Source: the human T2T-CHM13v2.0 reference genome, Homo sapiens. From it: a stretch of DNA of 64,000 bases. Both the position numbers and the translations under genes were made by a program. Where the stretch lies: NCBI RefSeq assembly GCF_009914755.1, contig NC_060925.1; one strand, given 5' to 3'. Positions 59,718-64,000 of this stretch are shown piece by piece. The notes under the pieces were generated by a model. The model worked only from the letters and a program-made list of their open reading frames with translations, did no database searches and was not told the DNA's origin. The stretch's first letter is position 1; the number at the start of each line of letters is the position of its first letter.

Positions 59718-60764
59718 GGGGACAGGAGGGGCCAGGAGGGGACAGGAGTGGCCAGGAGGGGACAGGAGTGGCTAGGAGGAGACAGGACCGGCCAGGAGTG
59801 GCCAGGAGTGGACAGGAGGAGACAGGAGGGGACAGGAGTGGATAGGAGGAGATAGGAGGGGACAGGAGTGGACAGAAGGAGACAGGAGGGGACAGGAGTG
59901 GACAGGAGACAGGAGGGGACAGGAATGGCCAAGAGGGGACAGGAGTGGCCAGGAGGGGGCAGAAGTGGCCAGGAGTGGGCAGGAGGGGGCAGGACAGGCC
60001 AGGAGGAGGCAGGAGGGGGCAGGAGGGGACAGGAGGGGGCAGGAGGGGACAGGAGGGGGCAGGAGTGGCCAGGAGGGGGCAGGAGGGGAAAGGAGGGGAC
60101 AGGAGTGGCCAGGAGTGGCCAGGAGGGGGCAGGAGTGGCCAGGAGGGGGCAGGAGAGGCCAGGAGGGGGCAGGAGGGGGCAGGAGGGGGCAGGAGGGGGC
60201 AGGAGTGGCCAGGAGGGGGCAGGAGAGGCCAGGAGGGGGCAGGAGGGGACAGGAGGGGGCAGGAGTGGCCAGGAGGGGGCAGGACAGGGCAGGAGGGGAC
60301 AGGAGTGGCCAGGAGTGGCCAGGAGGGGGCAGGAGTGGCCAGGAGGGGGCAGGAGGGGACAGGAGGGGGCAGAAGGGGGCAGGAGGGGGCAGGAGTGGCC
60401 AGGAGGGGGCAGAAGGGGACAGGAGGGGGCAGGAGGGGACAGGAGGGGGCAGGAGGGGGCAGGAGTGGCCAGGAGGGGGCAGAAGGGGACAGGAGGGGGC
60501 AGGAGGGGACAGGAGGGGGCAGGAGGGGGCAGGAGTGGCCAGGAGGGGGCAGGAGGGGGCAGGAGTGGCCAGGAGGGGGCAGGAGTGGCCAGGAGGGGGC
60601 AGGAGGGGGCAGGAGTGGCCAGGAGGGGGCAGGAGAGGCCAGGAGGGGGCAGGAGGGGACAGGAGGGGGCAGGAGTGGCCAGGAGGGGGCAGGACAGGGC
60701 AGGAGGGGACAGGAGTGGCCAGGAGTGGCCAGGAGGGGGCAGGAGGGGGCAGGAGGGGACAGGA
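59718..60764. repeat. About 1.05-kb purine-rich minisatellite, 10-bp unit
   Basis: Units AGGAGGGGGC, AGGAGTGGCC and AGGAGGGGAC. Confidence 0.98.
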
Positions 60765-61140
60765 CAGCCTGGAGAGAAGCTCTGGGTAGTCGCACTGAAG
60801 CGTCCTCCCTGGGCCGTGGGTGCCTGGGGGTCTGCCCCAGAGTCGAGGGCCAGGCAGGCTGGGCACAGAGAAGGGCTCCAAGGTCCTGCAGCCCCAGCCT
60901 TCACAGAGGCAGGGCCGGGCCCAAGCTCTCTAGACTCAGTTCTTGCTCCATCTGCAAATCCAGAATCCCACCCCTTCTCTCTGCCCCTCCTGACCCCCTG
61001 AACTGAGTGAGCCCTGTCACCTCTCACAAGGGCCACCATGAAGCAGCCCTCACTCCCACCTCTGCCCTGCACGGCAGGCCCAGCCCCTCCTTTGCACAGA
61101 CTCTGCCCCTGCCCTCATGAGGGCCCCAGGCCTATCCCCC

Positions 61141-61556
61141 TGTGGTGGGGTGGAAATCCTGTCCCCCAAATATTCCTGCCTTCCTGTGACCTCTAAATGT
61201 GACCCTGCTTAGAAATGGGGTCTTTGCAGATGTGATGAACACCACGACTGAGATGAGGCCCTGCTGGATTAGGGTGGGCCCTAGGGCCTATAGAAAAGGC
61301 CCCAGAGACACACAGAGGGGAGATGACCATGTAGAGACGGAGGCAGAGTGGGGAACGAGGCGTCTACAACCACGGAACGCCGCGGAAGCTGGAAGAGATA
61401 GGAAGGACCCTCCCCTAGAGCCTCAGGAGCAGGCACAGCCTTGCTGACACCTTGATCTGAGGCTTCTCTCCTCCAGAACTGTGAGAGAGTAAACTCACAT
61501 TGGTTTCAGTGCTTGGCTCGTGGTCCCTCGCTGCAGCAGCCCCGGGAGCTCATACC
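61141..61556 (+). mobile_element. MLT1B/C-like LTR
   Basis: AATGTGACC...GGGGTCTTTGCAGATGT...GGATTAGGGTGGGCCCTA...GCTGACACCTTGAT...CCTCCAGAACTGTGAGA. Confidence 0.85.
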
Positions 61557-63025
61557 TGCGCCCCCCACCCCACGCCCGTCCCATTTGCTCCAGCCACAAG
61601 ATCCTGCCTCAGGGCCCCGCACCTTCTGTTCCCTACTCAGTGACCTCTTCCCAGGGACGTGCAAGGCCCACCCCTCACATCAGTAGACCACCACCACCCG
61701 GACAGAGGAGCCTTCCTGGACCCCCATCCAAGCCAGCACCACCCAGCCCCTCTGCCCCTTCCTCCTGCCTCACTTTACTCCGTAGCATTTCTCACTGGCG
61801 GCTTCATCCTTTCCTGAGTGTCTCCTGCAAGGACAGGAGCCCCAGGAGGTCAGGGCAGGTGCAGGTTTCTGCTCACTGCTACCCTCTGGGTCCTGAGCAC
61901 CGTGGCTGGGCCTCCATGACCGTATGTCAAGTGGATCGCCTGCATCGGCCCCGTTCAACACATTTTAGGGCACTGTTTTATCTCTGTGACTTTGTGGCTT
62001 CTTTATTTTCCTTTTCTAAGATGGCCTCAAGATTCAAGGTGCAATTAGTTTGGGAAAGCCTGTATAGTCTGTCTCAGGAATCCACAGGGCACATTCGCAT
62101 ATTAAAGGCTCTGAAAATTCCTGCAGAAGAAGAAATCTGCTGAACTCTGGTTTAGGAAGCGCTTACTGGACCACAGAATCCCTTCCCAGTGCCCATCACA
62201 GCCCATGGAGCTGGTGCAGCTCCTAACTGTATGCTGAGGCCCTGCCTCTCCGTCCAGTGGCCTCCCCCTCCCCTGGGCCAGGCCAGCACAGCCCGTATGA
62301 GGAGTTGCGGGGTACAGGGGGCTGCAGGCAGGGTATTCCTGGGCTTTGTTCCTCCACGGTTCCATCTCAGGGTGTACATGCGGAAGGACCAGCGAGTCAG
62401 CTGCTCCAGGCTGGCGCTCATCTGCCACTCTGCCCACCGGGGAGCCCGGCTTGGAGGAGGGGTGCCCAAGGTAAATGGTGCTGCCAGGACCAGGGAGACT
62501 CCGGCTGAAACATGGGCAGGGTCTGGGAAAAACCTGGCACCGGACCAGGATAAAAGTGGAATTCAGAGAATCCATGAGCAGGAAGGACACCCCCCAGCAA
62601 GAGGAGTGGGTCCGAACCCCACTGCACCCGGGCCACAGGCTCCGCAAGGCGTTGTGGGCTCTGGAAGCCCCGGTCATGAGGCCCCACCGCCCCGCCCGGC
62701 ACTAAGTAAGTGGCTCTCAGGGAAATCATAACACGATTAGCAGCTTCCGGCCAGTCTCACGGGCGTTAGCCTACTCCTCGCTCCTACACAAACACGGCAG
62801 GGCTCCCAGGCCCTGACATTGTCCTCCACGGCCGGGTGTCCAGGTCACACGGAAGCAAGGAAATTTCACAACGGCTGGGGGCTGGGGGGCATCATCGGCT
62901 CAGGGGCCTCCCCTGTCCCTCCCCTGCCAGCAGGGGCTGGAGGGTGATGGAGAAACAAGGAAGGGGGCAAAGGGTGAGAAAAGAGAGGGCAGAGACAGAG
63001 CCAAGCCCTGACCCACAGGGCCCTC

Positions 63026-63095
63026 TAAAGAGTGAGCGTCTGTCCTGCACAGGGGCCGTGTAAAGAGCGAGCATCTGTCCTGCACAGGGGCCGTG
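63026..63095. repeat. 35-bp tandem duplication
   Basis: TAAAGAG(T/C)GAGC(G/A)TCTGTCCTGCACAGGGGCCGTG x2. Confidence 0.9.
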
Positions 63096-63787
63096 CACCC
63101 CACCATCATCCTCCAGCTCACAGGGACAGCGGTGCCCTGGTCTAGGAAGCAGGGAGGACCCTGGCTGGGCGCGGCCCCAGTGCCCACAGGCACACTGGCT
63201 GGGGAGACCGTGAGCAGCCGTGTGTGACTCTCAGCAGACCCCACAGAGGCAGAGCCTCCCAGGGGCTGAGGGGCTCCAGCACCTGCAGGGACCTTGAGAC
63301 TCCCACCCAACACAAGCCCCCGACCCCACCAGCAGCCGCGCCCCGCCCTCCTCGCATGAGCCAGCAGAGATGGGAAGCGCACGGCAGAGCTGGAATGTGG
63401 CGTCGGAAACGCTCGGCTAACCCAGGGTGGGAAGGCAGAACCTCAGCTGAGCACGGGGAGGCAGGAAGAGATATCCCAGAACCACCGAACAGGGGGTAAG
63501 GCCCTGGGCTCGGTCCCCAGAGACCCCTGCTCACAAGCCCTTGGCCAAGGGATGCCAAGACCAAGGTGCCCGATCACCGTGTGTGCCACTGTCACTGTCA
63601 CTGCTACTAACAGGAGTCACCACAGGCCAAGCAGACTTCACCCAGGCCTCCTCCTCTAAGAACAAGAGCTGGCACTGCTTGAGCTCTTACTGTATACAGG
63701 CACCAAGCAAAGGCTCCACATGAAGTGACTCATTTAATCCCAGGTTTTCAGGTGGGTGTTGTCACACCTAAGTCCTGGAGCCTGAGG

Positions 63788-64000
63788 CCTGATGGGGGCG
63801 CGGGCGAGGGGGCTGTTGGGGGCTGCTACCAAGGTCTCAGAGCTCACAAGGGACCTGATGGGGGCGCCAGCGAGGCAGCTGGTGGGGGCTGCTACCAAGG
63901 TCTCGTAGCTCACAAGGGACCCGATGGGGGCGCCGGCAAGGGGGCTGTTGGGGGCTGCTACCAAGGTCTCGTAGCTCACAAGGGACCGGATGGGGGCACC
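63788..64000. repeat. 66-bp tandem repeat, at least 3.2 copies, running off the window end
   Basis: GATGGGGGC starts at 63791, 63857, 63923 and 63989; the unit includes GGGGGCTGCTACCAAGGTCTC..AGCTCACAAGGGACC. Confidence 0.95.

Noticed and set aside
59718-60764. PRDM9 13-mer CCNCCNTNNCCNC in the C-rich strand
   Set aside because: The main GCCCCCTCCT unit does not match in any register I tried by hand.
56804-61072. His/Thr-rich, Pro-rich and Gly/Arg-rich ORFs of 270-730 aa
   Set aside because: They are translations of the 57-kb and 60-kb minisatellites.

Overview
GC-rich primate, almost certainly human, genomic DNA with Alu, THE1, MLT1, MER72, L1M, L2 and MIR repeats. It lies inside MEGF6 (1p36.3), which is transcribed on the minus strand. 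The gene was identified from remembered protein and miRNA sequences, not from a database search. Three elements support it: an EGF-like coding exon (50286-50390), an alternative first coding exon in a CpG island (1393-1558) and the intronic MIR551A hairpin (31003-31098). The rest is intron, unusually rich in VNTRs and solo LTRs. Nearly all entries in the ORF track are artefacts of high GC or tandem repeats. There is no prokaryotic system or CRISPR array. The most notable observations are: (1) a decaying but in-frame calcium-binding-EGF exon at 17310-17435, whose D-to-G change creates a strong internal splice donor; (2) a second complementary arm beside miR-551a that could form a competing hairpin; (3) a solo LTR with TATA and AP-1-like repeats pointing at MIR551A; (4) a 2.1-kb 18-bp VNTR with two binary variable sites that is stop-free in all six frames.
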